64,000 nucleotides of DNA from Dimorphilus gyrociliatus (GCA_904063045.1 CAJFCJ010000001.1:372001-436000), one strand, 5' to 3'. Shown: positions 1-13,588, counted from the first letter of the stretch. Translations and numbers: made by a program. The notes: generated by a model not told the origin, from the sequence alone.

Positions 1-1583
1 AAGCCGATCTAATTTGGTACAATCAGTTGGAAGAGGGCCTGCTCAAGATCTTGAAGCTTTAATCGGAGAGGTTGAAAGGACTAATGGTGACCTTACGAAA
101 CCTCGACCCATTACCGGCTCGAATGAAAACTATCCGTCCTACGAGGATTATGCTCCGTCGGGTAGGATTCCACTGTTAAACATTAAGTTGAATAAAAATA
201 TTTATTTTGATCTTGTGGATTTTTTACTAGCGGTTCGACAAATGGACAGACAAAGAGTAAATAATTACGAAGATTACCGAACAACTCATGTATGTGTTTG
301 AACGTTCTAGCTATTTGTTTTTAAGCCTTAGTGTAAACCAGATTCGCTTTTGTTCTATGTCTACTTTGTTATTTAACTATAATATTGTTAAGACGTGTAA
401 TCCATTTTTCTTCTTTCTAGGAGGACAAAGAATCCGATGAATATTTGGAGACTATCGAATCGAAATATCCTCATCTTGCCTCTCTTGCCAATTCACTTCA
501 GCAGACAACCAAAGACAAAAGAAATAGAAAATTAACAGAAGAGAATATTGAAATTCATAATAGAGAAACAATAGCTCCGCATGGATTTTTCACACCCGCC
601 CCTACAAATAATGATAGGAATCAACCTGCTGTACCCCACATACACACGACGAATCTTAAACGAGACACAAGGGAGGATATTACTATTCCGTCCACAATAC
701 CATACGATTGCTCAATGGATAGATTGAAAAGATTAGGCGAGAACGCGCCTAGTTTTGAACAAAATTTAACCGTCGATCAAGGAGAAGCTGTCAGAGTTAT
801 CTGCTCAATTGCTGATAAGTATTGGAATGGTGTTAATTCTTTAGAGAAAAATCCAAAGGCTTTAAAAGCTTTAACTTCGTTATTACAACAAATTTCAATG
901 ACCGCACCAGATCGTTCAGTCGTTGGCTCTGAAGTAGAAGACGAAAGTAAAATGAAAAGTGCGTTAGTACGATCTCAAAGAGACGTCGTAAGTAATTCTT
1001 TATTCATTTTGTTTAAAGTTCAGTGACTAATGCATTATTAGTGTAATGCGGTAGGTGGCGCTATTGTAGAATTTCGACGGAAGAAAGTTATATAGTTTTC
1101 AACACATTGATTTATAGTTTTTGTCCATCTGTAGAAAATTCTACGTGAACGACTGCAACAATCGATTCTTGATAGCAAAGGTTTACATGAACAGATTGTG
1201 GCCTTGGAGAAAGAAAAAGCGCTGCCTAATTGCGAAATGGGTTAGGTCAACCGTAACATTTTGTAATTTCTTTTAATAGCATAAAATTATTTCAACATAG
1301 ATAAAATAAGGGAAGAGAACAGACGGTTGAAAGAGGAGGCTAAACGCCTAATCGAACGTAATCGGGAATTGGAAAGTTCCGCTCAGTTGAGCGGCATGTT
1401 GCAACAAAGTCATAAGTATGATACATTTCGCCATCTATTATCATTTTCTTTTGAAAAAATATCTCCTTACGAAACATCTGTCTTTTGATTTATAGGTCGC
1501 TCATGGAAACCAACGATAGATTACTGAAAGAGTTACGGAATAAGGATATTTCGTCTACAAATGGTCAAAGCGAACTTTCATAA
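1..1583 (+). CDS. 3' part of a CEP72/LRRC36-like centrosomal coiled-coil protein (5' end outside the window)
   Basis: Frame-consistent GT-AG exons <1..161, 231..289, 421..987, 1135..1240, 1301..1415, 1496..1583 (TAA). The C-terminus ...LSGMLQQSHKSLMETNDRLLKELR resembles the CEP72 motif MLQESHSSLVSTNEHLLQEL as I recall it. The diagnostic N-terminal LRRs are not in the window. Confidence 0.6.
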
Positions 1584-2117
1584 ATGAACTAACTGTTTGA
1601 ACAAGCAAATCAACACCGTCCATTTTTTTTGCATAATTTCTTTTTTAGTATTCTTTGAAGTTTGGTGCCAAAGCTAATTTTCGTCCTTTTTGTTAACTGA
1701 ACCACGTTATTACTAACTAATTTTCTTTTTAAACAACAAGTTTTGCAATATTTTTACTATTAAAATTATAATAATCATTATAAAGATTACCAAGATTAAT
1801 AATTTTTTTTTACATTTTTTACTTGCCGTGTGGTTTGATAATCTGATACAATATATTGAGAAGAGCGAACAGTAGAATACAGAAAAAGGTATAACCTCTT
1901 TTACATATTGAAGAGCAAGTTTTAGTAGGTGTACAACTGTAAATTAAGGAGCGAGCGAAAAGTTTATTTCCTATTTTACATACGGTCTTTTTTGTTCAGC
2001 TCTACGTTTAAACAGATGCATTGTTAAAAAAGAAAAGAACGGCAGAGTGCACCTGCTCAACAGGCCCTTGTAATGTTGCGTACTGGTTACATAATCGACA
2101 TCATCTTAATTACTGTG

Positions 2118-2131
2118 AGCGCCCTCTGGCG
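2118..2131 (-). promoter_or_regulatory. CTCF-like motif (CGCCAGAGGGCGCT on the minus strand)
   Basis: Matches the CTCF core CCA(G/C)(C/T)AG(A/G)(G/T)GGCGC; at the start of the GC-richer region upstream of the TTF-finger gene. Confidence 0.5.
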
Positions 2132-4215
2132 CTGGCCGTCTTTACCAAGAGTGATTGTGGGGAATTATAGGGGCGTGATGATTATGAACTGAGTCAGACG
2201 CGATTCATAGTTTTTTCCTTGTTGCCACATTTGAAGAAAGAATCATTTAGTTTGCTTATCTGGTGCTGAGTAACCGATCGGGTTTATATCGGGTCTCTTT
2301 TTTATTGCCGCTTCTAGTTCAGCCCTTCTCCCTTACATAAAGCGCGAAAGTTTATTAGAGGCTAAAGTTTCACCGTTTGGTAATTAGACGTCGTAAATGA
2401 ACAAAAAAGTTGTGAAAAGTATAGGCTAAATTAGGTGTTAAACGATGTCGAAAAGTGTCGAAAGAGTATACAGCTAATTTTCTTTCCTTCAATGTTTAAT
2501 CACGTAAAGCGTCGGAAAACCGCTAATAAAATACCAAATGAAACGATTATAATCATTTGATTGTATCCGTATTATATCGATAATAGAGCGAAGGGAAGCA
2601 AGAGGTAGGGAGTACCAAGATTTTCGACCCCCTCCCAACTGACGACGAAAAAAGAAATAAAGTCCCCAATTGTGGGACAAAAGCCTTTGTCTCGTTAGGA
2701 AGGAGGTTAGGCGGAAGGGGGGCATAAGGGAGAAAAAGGAATTAGAAGAAAAGGCTCAATAAAAGGACGCTCAAAAGCCAGCTGTCGTCCTTCGCCATAC
2801 GTAAGCCTATCGAAGTCACGCGGTAAAAGTAGGCCCGAAATAGGAACTGGCGCGTGGCCCTCGGAACTTTTGAAAACTTTTTATAAGCCCCAATTTTTTC
2901 GCCGTCTTTCTTCTGGCCAAGGACCATCTGCTCCCCCCAAACGGCTTTTTCGAAAAAAACTCTCGCGCCTAACGGTTATCCGCGCATATCTGCTTTTGGG
3001 CCTTAGACAAAGAGAGTGTATGCGCAGGGCAGGTGGCTAAGGCGCGTGCGGTGCATGTTTCTTTGTGCGCCAGCACCTGCCAGCTTGCGCCAGGCCGCAT
3101 TCGCGCATTCGACGCCGTAACGTTCGCTTCGCGCTGCTCTGCTTTGTTAGTAGAGAAAGAGGAGAAAGAAAATTTACTATTTAAGAACAATTTAGGAGCG
3201 AAGAAATTTTATATTTTCATCCCTAAATCTATTACCTTCGTAATCGCCTTACATTTCTATTGAAAAGATCGAAGCAGGAAATACAACAGGTTCGTTCACC
3301 TTTTTTTTTTTACTATATAATATATTTACTTTTTTTAAAAAAAAATCATTTGACTAAGTCAAAGCCAAGGCTTTCCAGATTAGTCTTGATGTTATTCGCT
3401 AGAGCGATAATATGCACATTTTGCCAGAGTTGTTTGTAAAAAAAAAGTTCGATTCTGTTTGATTTATGTTCTCCTCAGTCTGGCCCTTAACCTTCTTTAA
3501 CCGGGCAGGGTATCTTTTTTTGTTACTCTAGATATTCTTTAATTATCGCATCTCACAATTAAGAAAACGGAAGGAAATTCACTTCGTTTATCCAATAAAC
3601 GAGCGCCTTCTTTGTTTGTCAAATCCAGTATAGGCCTAGTTGCAGCCGCTTATTCACGTAAACTACAGTAGAGTCAGAAATAGATAGACAGTACAGGTGA
3701 GGAAATTCCTAAAATATAAATATAATTAAGTATTATGTAAAATGGAAATAGGAAGAAATCTCTTTATCATCTGCCCCCCATTTTAATGGTGTAGGAAAAG
3801 AGAGTCGACGCTGGCGAGAGTAACGGTTGCCTATAGGGCTAGAGTAGGGCGACAGATGTAGCGTATGCAGGGCAGACAAAGAGAGGCCCTACAAGGCAAA
3901 AGTATGCTGCGCACACGCGTGTTCAGTCTTTGTCTGTACGTCCAGTCTGCCCACGCGTTTTTTAAGCCAAACAGCAATTGAACGCCTCCCGGTAACGTTT
4001 CCCTGGTAACGCCGCCCCGGCTTGAACGAGGTGAATCAACCGACTCGTCTTTGTTAGCCGGCCCCAGTATAAAGGGCTTTGTTCCCGGGACGCCTCTTTT
4101 TTGTTGTTTATTATTTACTTCTCACTTCTTTTTTTTCACTGGTGGACTATCACCTAAGGGTATCTATTTAACTCTCCACTTAATCCTTTCAATTTTATTT
4201 TCAGCAGAAAGGAGG

Positions 4216-6145
4216 ATGACGACTATTCAAAGTTCTGCTACGGTACCGCCCCATCTCGGGTCTTTTGTAGACCGTCAAATTGAAGCAGCCTTATTAAGAA
4301 GAGCTTCCCCTATCGATGATAAGGGCGCAGATTCCGATTCCTCTGGTGGTTCCAGAACCCCGCAGAGGCGTCTGCTCCAAGATCATTGGTTTGAACAATT
4401 CCCTTGGCTGGAATTAGACCGGGAACAGAATTTATTTTTTTGCCGCTTCTGCGTATCGACGGGAAAGGAAAATGTATTTACCAAGGGTAAGCCATTGGAA
4501 AACCCTAAAAAAGACCACTTTGTCAAACATCAATCGTGCGGCGAGCATTTAAAGGCGGAAATTGACTATGCTCATGCTAAATCAGCTGTCGATTCCCTCC
4601 CGTTGACACCAAATACAAATGACTCTGGATCAGAAAGTCAGACAGAGTAAGTACAATTGTTAATTAAGTCTTTTAATTAGTATTACTAATAAAATTATTT
4701 TTCGTTTTAACAGTAGTCCCGCACCAAAAAGGCGCCGACAAGAAACAAGTCAGACATCCCCAGCCAAGTTGCAACAAAATCAGTTGGCCGCTCAATTATT
4801 CGCAATGCAAACTGACCCTGCTTTCCTTATGCAACAGTATGTGGCCGCTCTCTATGGACTACAATCAGGGCTTTCTTTACCGTCTCCAATGGCAGTAAAA
4901 AAGGAGGAAAAAACTAGAATGAGAGGTTCGTCAAACAAAGATGGAAAGCGACGATTCCAAGAATATTGGTTTGACCAATTCCCATGGTTGAAATTAGATC
5001 CTGGTACTCAACTATTCTTCTGTAAGTACTGCCGTGATACGGGTAGGAACAATTCATTTGCCGAAGGGAAGAAAATAGTCAAGAATCCTAAAAAGCATCA
5101 TTTCGTTCAACATCAAATGACCGCCGATCACCAGGGAGCAGTTGCTGCTTTAGGGCTACCACCGGATAACATTAAGAATATTGTCAAGAAAAGAAACACG
5201 GACAAGTCCTTTACTTCGTTAATTCATCAGAAACCCAGCGTGCTTAATACGCCTACGCCATCTCCTCCTCCCACGCAAGTTCCACTCGATTTGACTAATG
5301 TTCGTCCAAGTTCTGAGGAACTTCTTATTTCTTGGAAGAAAGAATTTTCATGGCTTCAGCCGGTTGCTGGAAGAAACGCTGTAGTTTGCATAATCTGTAA
5401 GCAATTCGCTCCAGCAACTTCCACTTCGGCTTGGTGCAAATTCGTAACTGTGCCTTCTTCAAAAGACAGTTTATATTCGCACGAAAACTCTGAGGAACAT
5501 CAACAAGCCGTTCAAACCGCGAGCTATCCAAGTTTTTTCAAACGTCAATTCAATAGCACTCTTATTTCAGACTGTGGTTCTGATACAGATTCAGTTCAGA
5601 GTAATGATTTTGAAGGGCATAGACAAAGAGCTCATAGTCGTAAAACAATTTCTAAATGGTTAAAAGCATACTCGTGGCTGAGACATAACGCTGAGAAGGA
5701 TCTGTACACGTGCTCTGTATGTAAGGAAGGGGAATGGGCTAAAGGTATCGAAGCTTTCAGAATTGAACGTGAAAACATAGTCAGACACGATGAGGAAGAA
5801 GTTCATCGTAACCAAAAAATCTCCTTGAAAAAGAAAAATTCCATTCTTGACGATTTACTAGCACTGAAATCAGCGTGTCAGTCGTCAGAATCTCTTCCTA
5901 GAGTGGATTGGTTTATGGAATTTAATTGGTTGCAATTATCTCCTGGATCTATCCTTCATTGTCGATTCTGTAAGAATGCTGAAGAGCAAAATGTTGAAGA
6001 TGATCTTTCAGGTACCGGTCTTCCTCTAGACTCTGCCGATCGCATTACATTCGAAATTCATGAACAATCCGATCTCCATAAAACACTTATTGGTCTCAAA
6101 GCCGAATCTAGCTATGAAGATTTGCCTGACAGCGCCATCTGCTGA
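4216..6145 (+). CDS. 620-aa protein with five TTF-type (hAT-transposase-related, ZNF862/ZMYM-like) zinc fingers and no transposase catalytic domain
   Basis: join(4216..4646,4714..6145); 67-nt GT-AG intron; 1863 nt in frame. Five W-x3-(F/Y)-x-W-L...C-x2-C...H-x3-5-H units (WFEQFPWL..FCRFC, WFDQFPWL..FCKYC, WKKEFSWL..VCIIC, WLKAYSWL..TCSVC, WFMEFNWL..HCRFC). NLS-like PAPKRRR just after the exon junction. Confidence 0.8.
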
Positions 6146-7202
6146 ATGTAAAGCAAACTCCCTCCCTTCTCTTTCGTTCTGGTCAGAACTTTTTATTTCG
6201 TATGACTTTTTCCTTTATCCTATTTCTATTATTTGTTTCTTTATTATTGAATTCTTGCCTTTGTTGTCTCATTTTTTGTGCCGCTTAGTTTGTTAGCTAT
6301 TTTAGGCCTAATTTAATATTTATTACGTAAATTGAGACTTTAGTATTTATGTTAAGATTTAGATTTTTTTTTGTAAGACCTTTTAGTTTCGAGTTGTGCT
6401 TGAAAAGAAATTGTTTGTTAAACCAGATTTGTGCTTGAATCTCGTGTTCTTCCAGGGCGAACACTTGATCGACTTATGAAGTCGATAATCGAATACCTGT
6501 CTCTTGTTTTAACTATAGCAGAATATATACATTTATTTATAAGAATATGTTAAGACTGTGTACTAGGTGCTCTATATGCATAGTATCCTATTAAGAATAA
6601 ACATATATCAAGAATTATGTCGGTTAATCGTTTTCAAAGTCCGGATAAAATCTTGTGATTTACTAAGTTATTCACTAACACGTTCCAGAAAAAAGAATAT
6701 TACTGCTCCTTTCAATGAATTTTTTTCAGCTTTTTAGTAAGAATAAAAAAATAAAGAACTTTTTTTACTTTCCAGACAAAAAATAGAATGCTTTATTCTG
6801 GAAAATTAAACAACTACACCTGAACGATATTATGAACATTTTGTTCCTTTTTCTGTTTACGTGTATAGTGTATACACATCACGAATAATCACGACAATTG
6901 TTTCCTAAAGCTAAAAAAAGCAGAGAGAATGACAAAAGAGAATGTAAGCAAAAAATTGACCCTATACCACGCAAAACAATTCTTATGTACCTGAAATGTT
7001 TCTATACACATACATTCATTGCCTAAGCTGAGCCGCTTCGCTCTGCATTCACTTAATTCATATTCAAGTAGACCGAGTAAAACTCTAAAGTTGAAAACCG
7101 GGTTTGTCAAGTGGAGGTGAAACGTGAAAATCTGAGGGTAAGCTAAAGGGAGATGCAGACTTTATTGTATTTCCTCCGTTCTTTTCTTCAAGTTTCAACT
7201 AT

Positions 7203-8297
7203 TTAGAAGTAGTAGATGCGAGACAGCGGCTTAATAAAGTGGTAATCTTCGATAAAACAATGAGGACACTTGGTCGCGCGGGAATAATCGGAGAAAAAGT
7301 GGAGACTATTTCCTTTATCCAGAACTGGTTGCATACAACGATTACAAGATGATCTCTGTTCGCAGCACTGATCAGCTGCGAAAACGTCGAATGTGTACAT
7401 GGTGCCCAATTGAAGGGAGCGGCCATTCCATATTTTTCGGCAATTTTGGCATCTTATGTCACCTTGAAGGCATTCCAAACAGACAGCGCAGAGATGCGAC
7501 TTGCCATTTTTCCAAGTGACTTCGTTGGCGCAAGTTCCATAGCGGTATGGAGTAAGAAAAAGTGTTCCATCGATCAGAGGGTACTGATCGAAAACCGGTA
7601 GCGATTTCGAACACAAAACGCAGCGTAGAGTTGTTACGTTCAATTTGGTTAGAGCGCAGAGAACCAATTTACGAATGCCATCGTTTCCGTGAGGACCTTC
7701 GTCTTCTAGTTTTATGTGGTATGAATTCTGTTGATCCGTAGGCAAGCTTTCAAACGCGTCTAAGCTTGTACGCCGTCGGAAGATATTTCCAGCAGCGGCG
7801 TGCTCCTTATCCAAGAAAAAGTCAAATTTTCCATTGACAGGGGAAGGGGGAGAAGTACTAGCTGACCCACCGCTGGACAGACTTTCTGTTCTTGGTCTAA
7901 TAACCGAAGAGGCTGATTTATGTCGACGTTTTCCGGAAGCAGCTTCGACTTTAGGAGCGTCTAGATCCTTTCGAATATGGCCGCGTCCGCACAAGCACTG
8001 ACACGCCTTGTACACAAGATCATAACCTTTTTTAGTCCAAACATTTTGTTGTTTTTGTTTCTCTGACCAATTCCTTGCCCTTGAACAGCTCCTAAGAATC
8101 GTTAATGCGCGTTGTTCGAATCCGTCAAAACAGTCAGCATGCATCCATCGTCCATACTGACATTGTTCATTACTGCAGACAATTCGGACGGCATTTTTTG
8201 GTTGAAATTCGTCGATCTCTCTGTCAACTTGTGCACATCCCGATGGGAGACAACACTTAAAATGAGTTTGGTGGCCGTTGTGTTGTTTATTAGGCAT
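7203..8297 (-). CDS. HECA: Headcase protein homolog, single coding exon, 364 aa
   Basis: ATG at 8297 (MPNKQH...). N-terminal headcase domain (C..C..WMH.DCF...RARNWSEKQ.QQN.WTKKGYDL.YKAC.C.CGRGHIRKDLD) and C-terminal domain (FDQYPLIDGTLFLTP...LQLGTMYTFDVFAA..CC..R..C..C...CPHC..EDYHFIKP). Confidence 0.93.
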   Translation of the reverse strand: MPNKQHNGHQTHFKCCLPSGCAQVDREIDEFQPKNAVRIVCSNEQCQYGRWMHADCFDGFEQRALTILRSCSRARNWSEKQKQQNVWTKKGYDLVYKACQCLCGRGHIRKDLDAPKVEAASGKRRHKSASSVIRPRTESLSSGGSASTSPPSPVNGKFDFFLDKEHAAAGNIFRRRTSLDAFESLPTDQQNSYHIKLEDEGPHGNDGIRKLVLCALTKLNVTTLRCVLCSKSLPVFDQYPLIDGTLFLTPYRYGTCANEVTWKNGKSHLCAVCLECLQGDIRCQNCRKIWNGRSLQLGTMYTFDVFAADQCCEQRSSCNRCMQPVLDKGNSLHFFSDYSRATKCPHCFIEDYHFIKPLSRIYYF

Positions 8298-8833
8298 TTT
8301 CACAGTTTTCTCAGCTGATTTCTTTCATAGTAGTGCCGTTCGAATGAACACGGCGGTGCCTAGACGTTGTTTACCAAAATCGCGCACCATTCACGACCAA
8401 GCTTACAACAGCACTTTTGTAACGCGCACGCTGATTGGCTACAGATACTCGGCTAATGTATACAAACATATCGATTATACATAGGTCGAATTAGGTCAAG
8501 GTCTATTTCTCTGCAACATGGAGTTCCAGATATAGGATAAATTTTTAATCTTTCGGTTTTTTATCGATACGCGGCGTTCAGACAGTTAATTGTTGTAAAT
8601 GAATTTTTAGAATCGGTTTATTTTATTACTATTTTGTTCTGTAAAAAGCGGACTCATTTTTTAATTACTAATACGCGGACGTGATACAACTACGTGCTGA
8701 CGACGTTTTTTATTCTGAGAATTCTAGACCACTGACCGGATTCGTCCGGAAACAGGGACTATAAACAGCACGGTGCTGCCATCTCAATCAAACAATACAA
8801 AAGTTCAAGTTGACATTTTGATCCATATCCGCT

Positions 8834-10927
8834 TTATTCACCATTCTTTTGAACTATTCGTACTTCGATTGCTTCGTCCCTTTGTTCACCTTCTGCTTCA
8901 TCGTTCTGTTGCCTGATTAGCTCTGTATTATCGTCTTTTTCTGCCACTGATAAAAACAATTAATTCCAATTAATAATGTTCTATTTTTATCGTATTTGCT
9001 CAACACACAAAATACAATATGTATATTGATACGATTAATACACGCGCGAGAGTAATCCGTATGTTGCTATTAATACTTATAATAATAAATATAGAAAAAA
9101 TAATAAATAATGAAATTTCTATTTAACGGACCAGGATTTTCTTTCACGTCTTCATTTCCTTTTTCATCCGAAGTTGCTTCCTCTTGTTTAGTCTCTTCTT
9201 CTGTTTCCTCTTCCGGTTCAACTACAGTTCTCGCTTTGGCACTACTTTGGCGGGTTGAAGGTGCAATATTACTGGGTGTTGGTTGCCTTGGAATCTATGT
9301 GCAAATCATCTTGTTTACTTAAATAGAGTTCAAAAGTGTAAAAAGAATTATGCATTTATTTTAATGATATTGAATTGAACTTACTTTGACGCGCCTTGCA
9401 GATGGGATTCTTTGACTGTGAGAATGAAATAGACAAAGTGACTTGTGTGTACATTGGCACGTACGCCAAAATTCTAAATCTACTAGGACATACTCTAGAC
9501 AAATATCAAGAATATAAACCTAAATATCACGTGATGTATCTACTTTCTAAATCACGTGATGATGTGCAGAAAACTATATAATAAGCTGTGCGTGCTATTT
9601 GCTAATACGGTTAAAGCGCTACATTTAGGAATACTGCTTTATCTCCATTCGATAGCTTCAGATTTAACGGTAGATGGCGCAATGATCAGCGATATTTACA
9701 ATACTTGGCTTGAATAAGTAAAAGAGCGCCTTAGTCGTTGTAGTAATGATTATATATATATATACTAAAATATAAAGAGAATATCTATACCTAAACTGTT
9801 TACTTGCACAAATGGCTCGAAGCTTTTCCAATTCGCTTTCATCAACAGAAAATTTCGTTTTCATTCCCAATTTCATCCCGCACATGACGTATCTATTATC
9901 CACGCGATGAGACTGTATCTAGAACAGTATTCATTCATAATTATTAATGTTACTGTTTAATGAGTGATTTGTAGTTACTAGAAAAGGGGCGGGAATATGA
10001 AAATGTAGCTAAATCTCAATATATCTTAATACGTTAAATAATAAATAGAAATCGTACATATGAAAACTTGCGTACATCAGACGGAAGTAGTTTGTAGTTA
10101 GTATCTACCTGGGCTGATCTCATTAAGGCCCTGGTAACAGCTCTCTGTTTTTGTTCCGTTTCGAACCTGTGAGCTTGGGCTGACTGATTGCAGACTGGAC
10201 TTTCTTTTAACATTAATTGTCCAGAAGTGAACGTTGATGAAGATTTTGCTGAGGCAGTTCTCGATGAAAAACGCCTTGAGGAAGAGACTCTGCTGCTACT
10301 GGGTAAGTGAATTTTCTTTTTAATAATAATGAAAATAATAGTGAAATAAAAACAAATTCTTAAAAGTTGTTTGCGTTAAATGATTAAGTTGGTCGGTTGA
10401 TGGATTAGTTCAGGTTGATTGGCGTTCGATCAAAGCTCGAATTGGATGATTAATAGCAATTAAATACCTTGGGTCCGTTAAACGTGGTGCTGTAAATGGT
10501 CGTACTCTGTCCGAATGTTCTTCCGGATGATCAATGGTTATCTGTAATATTAATTTCTCGTTGAATTCACTGAATAGTCTTGAATCAATTCAATTAAAAT
10601 AATGTTCATAATTTTCTCCTTTCTATGTTTTGGTAAACTTACTGGCACAATCATATCTTTAATATATTTAGGTGCGGCTAATGAACTTTGCATTCCCGTT
10701 GGGATTCTCTTCTCTGAGGGGCTCCTGGGACTCGCAGACAGTGGAAATTGGTGCAATAAACGCATATTATTGGAAGTTTTTAGGTCTATTCTACGGGAAG
10801 AGGCGTTATTTAAAAGTTGATTAGTAGAATATGACGTCCTTGGTTTAAGAAGCGGTGACACGAATTCTGGGCCGCCGGTCCAAACAGATTTTGGCGTGGG
10901 GAAAGGAAATACGTAGCTTTTCTCCAT
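8834..10927 (-). CDS. Hypothetical 344-aa protein (Ser/Arg-rich middle, CxC...C-x-x-H cluster, acidic C-terminus)
   Basis: complement(join(10643..10927,10468..10541,10109..10298,9804..9918,9385..9479,9132..9294,8834..8946)). All six introns are GT-AG with matching phases; 1035 nt. No family recognised, and some splice sites have alternatives. Confidence 0.6.
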
Positions 10928-11655
10928 TCTCTAGCATGTTTCGAACGTTGTCGACAATAATATCGATAGTAACGGTGGCTTATTAATCAATAAACTATTA
11001 GATTATACTTAAGATGGCGTTAGTTACAATTGGTCAAAAAAATAGGACTAAGCAAAATGAAGAATAAACACAATCTCTCACCAGATTGTTTCAACTGTCT
11101 ACACGACCTTGGAACGAGTACTTTACTAATTTAGTAACAAAGTTTTTGTACTTGAAAAACTTTATCGAAGGAGGCAGCGTAATCTAATAGAAATGTGTCA
11201 AAGTTTTATAGATACCGTCTTAATTCTTTTTATTAATACAAGTTTTATTTTATACTCTTTTGATTATTACAAATCATTCAGAGAAATTTATATATACAAC
11301 ACATTCCTTAAATTTGGTTATAAAAATCTCTAATCAATTATAATTGAATATCAATAACGGAGAGATAAATAGCTATTATGAATATGAATTGATAGAAATA
11401 ATAAAGGAAAAATCATGAAGGAAAATTCAATATCGTCTATCTGCTAAATATAGCCAAAAAATAAATAATATATTGGCAATCTTAAGAAGTTAAAAAAAAA
11501 ATGAGGAAATACAATTTGTCTAATATTGAAAATAGACGTTTTGATAAAGAAGAGAAAATGAAAATATTTTCATAAGGAAATACTTAAAAAGCAAAAAAAA
11601 ATGAATTAAGATAAATATTTCTTCTTTATCTTCTTTATTTTTACTGTCATATACA

Positions 11656-11656
<1 letters not shown>

Positions 11657-11690
<34 letters not shown>
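11657..11690. repeat. (TA)n microsatellite
   Basis: Uninterrupted TA run. Confidence 0.9.
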
Positions 11691-11693
<3 letters not shown>

Positions 11694-12089
11694 GTTTATT
11701 TCTTATCTATTTCATAAATCTTTCTTATCTTTCGATTGTACACTGTAAATAGTTTATGTAATAGCTATTGTTACTTTTAATAAAATGTATAAAATAGCAG
11801 TATATTTATTATATTTAGTGAGCATTGTATGAATTTATAATCATATTGTACATTTTCTTTATTTATTGTATGAATAAAATATTTATCTACTCTTTATTAC
11901 TATATTTAGCTACAAAAATTGATAAGTCTTTCAGTTGATTTTTATTCAAAAGGGACCAATGTGTTGCAATAATTAAAGGAATAGCTTATTAATGAGTTAG
12001 CTATGTATTTATATATGATATTTAATAATATAGCTGTACTACATATTAAAATGTTTCTGAATATTATTCTAGCTATATATTTGATCCTT

Positions 12090-13263
12090 TTACCAACGCA
12101 ATATTGGAGGTAGATACTCTTTTATCAAACTTTCGTAATATGGTTTTATTTCTTCAACTTTAGGAACTTCGTCGGACTTTGAGTAGAGGTCAAATTTACT
12201 ATTAAAAATAGCATTGAATTAGTTATGACTATATTTAGAGTAAATTAAAATAATAATTTGGGGTGTACTTGAATTCTTTAACCCATTCTAGGCTATGTTT
12301 GTCAGACTCATCGCACAAATGCATATATTCACCCTCCGTATGCCACGGATAAAATGAGTGAAATCTTATAATTTGCAGTGCTTCATTCGGTAGTTTTGAT
12401 CCATTTTGTAGTAGTACTCGATACAGATATTCTTATTAGTGCAAATGCAAAAAAAAAGAGAAAATTACAAAAATCATATAAATACAAAGTAAAAACGTGT
12501 ACCATCATGCCCCCAAGACATAATTACATTTGATAAGCCACAGTTCTCTTTATAGATTCCTAGTTTTTCCCTGAAAGTAAAAAGTATTGCTTTAAAAGTA
12601 CACCTATTAAAAAAAGTACACCTATTAATCGTTACCTGTAAACTGAATGATTTAAATCCGGATTATCTTTGAAGCTATCGGTCCCGAAGACAATTTTATC
12701 GGAGAAGGCACACCCTAGAGGAAATGTATCTCCGACCACAGAATACTGAATTAACGTATATATTTTTTGAAAATGCTAATTAGATATATAATTAATGGTT
12801 CACTTGAGGTTCTCCCCAGAGGGCTAGTACTTTTCCTACATCGTGTATCAGGCCTATTAGCTGAAACCAAGGTTTGTCCGGATGAACTTCTCTGATTCTT
12901 TCCGCTGTTTGAAAGGCATGAACAGAATTCGGAATGTCAACGTCTGGGTCACTATCGTCAACAAGATTATTTAGCAAATCTAGAGCCTGGAGTATTGGCA
13001 ATTGAGCTTTATTTAGTTTACTCCAAAATTGCAATTTTTCAGTGGCGAATTGGAGCGTTTGGGTTGTATGCATTGAATAATAAACCCTTTTGACTCTATC
13101 GAAGTAACTGTTGTCATTTGTGTAGTCTCGGAATAGACTCTCGTCTTTCTCTGGTCTGAATTTATCAGAAGGGTCAAGGATGTTTAATGGCTAAAATTGA
13201 ATCATATTTTTTAAAATGTAGTAATATACTATATATATACTAAGTACTCACTTGGACTGCCAT
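12090..13263 (-). CDS. MIOX: myo-inositol oxygenase, 282 aa
   Basis: complement(join(13252..13263,12804..13190,12636..12745,12503..12570,12269..12431,12090..12198)); 849 nt. Motifs: [67 protein letters not shown]. Confidence 0.96.
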
Positions 13264-13588
13264 CTTTTGGTAAGAGTAAGATTTGCTTTTCAGCTAATGG
13301 TTTATCCACACAAATACGCAAATAACGTGACGGGCTGCTTATACTGATTGAAGGAAGGAGTTTTTTTATTTTATAAATGGATGATGACTAATTCTGTTTA
13401 CGTTCAACGAATTAGGCTGAAAAATTGAAAAAGCCTAGACATAAACAACTGCGAAATACATATGTTTACTAACTACTAACGCACCCTACAGTTTAAAATT
13501 ACATCCTAGGCAAAATATCGTGCACTAGGACGCAGTGGTAGACGACTATGATCCGACAATATTTTCTATCATTTGCTTCCTATATCAA

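Noticed and set aside
7100-7203. Stop-codon readthrough of headcase, as in Drosophila hdc
   Set aside because: Both headcase domains are already in one ORF, and the frame after TAA closes within five codons.
10200-10309. Plus-strand frame NVDEDFAEAVLDEKRLEEETLLL ending in a GTAAGT donor
   Set aside because: It is the antisense of a phase-compatible exon of the minus-strand orphan gene, and no partner exons were found on the plus strand.
12594-12628. Short tandem duplication (AAAAGTACACCTATTAA x2) in a MIOX intron
   Set aside because: A local slippage duplication; no element lies between the copies, so it is not a target-site duplication.
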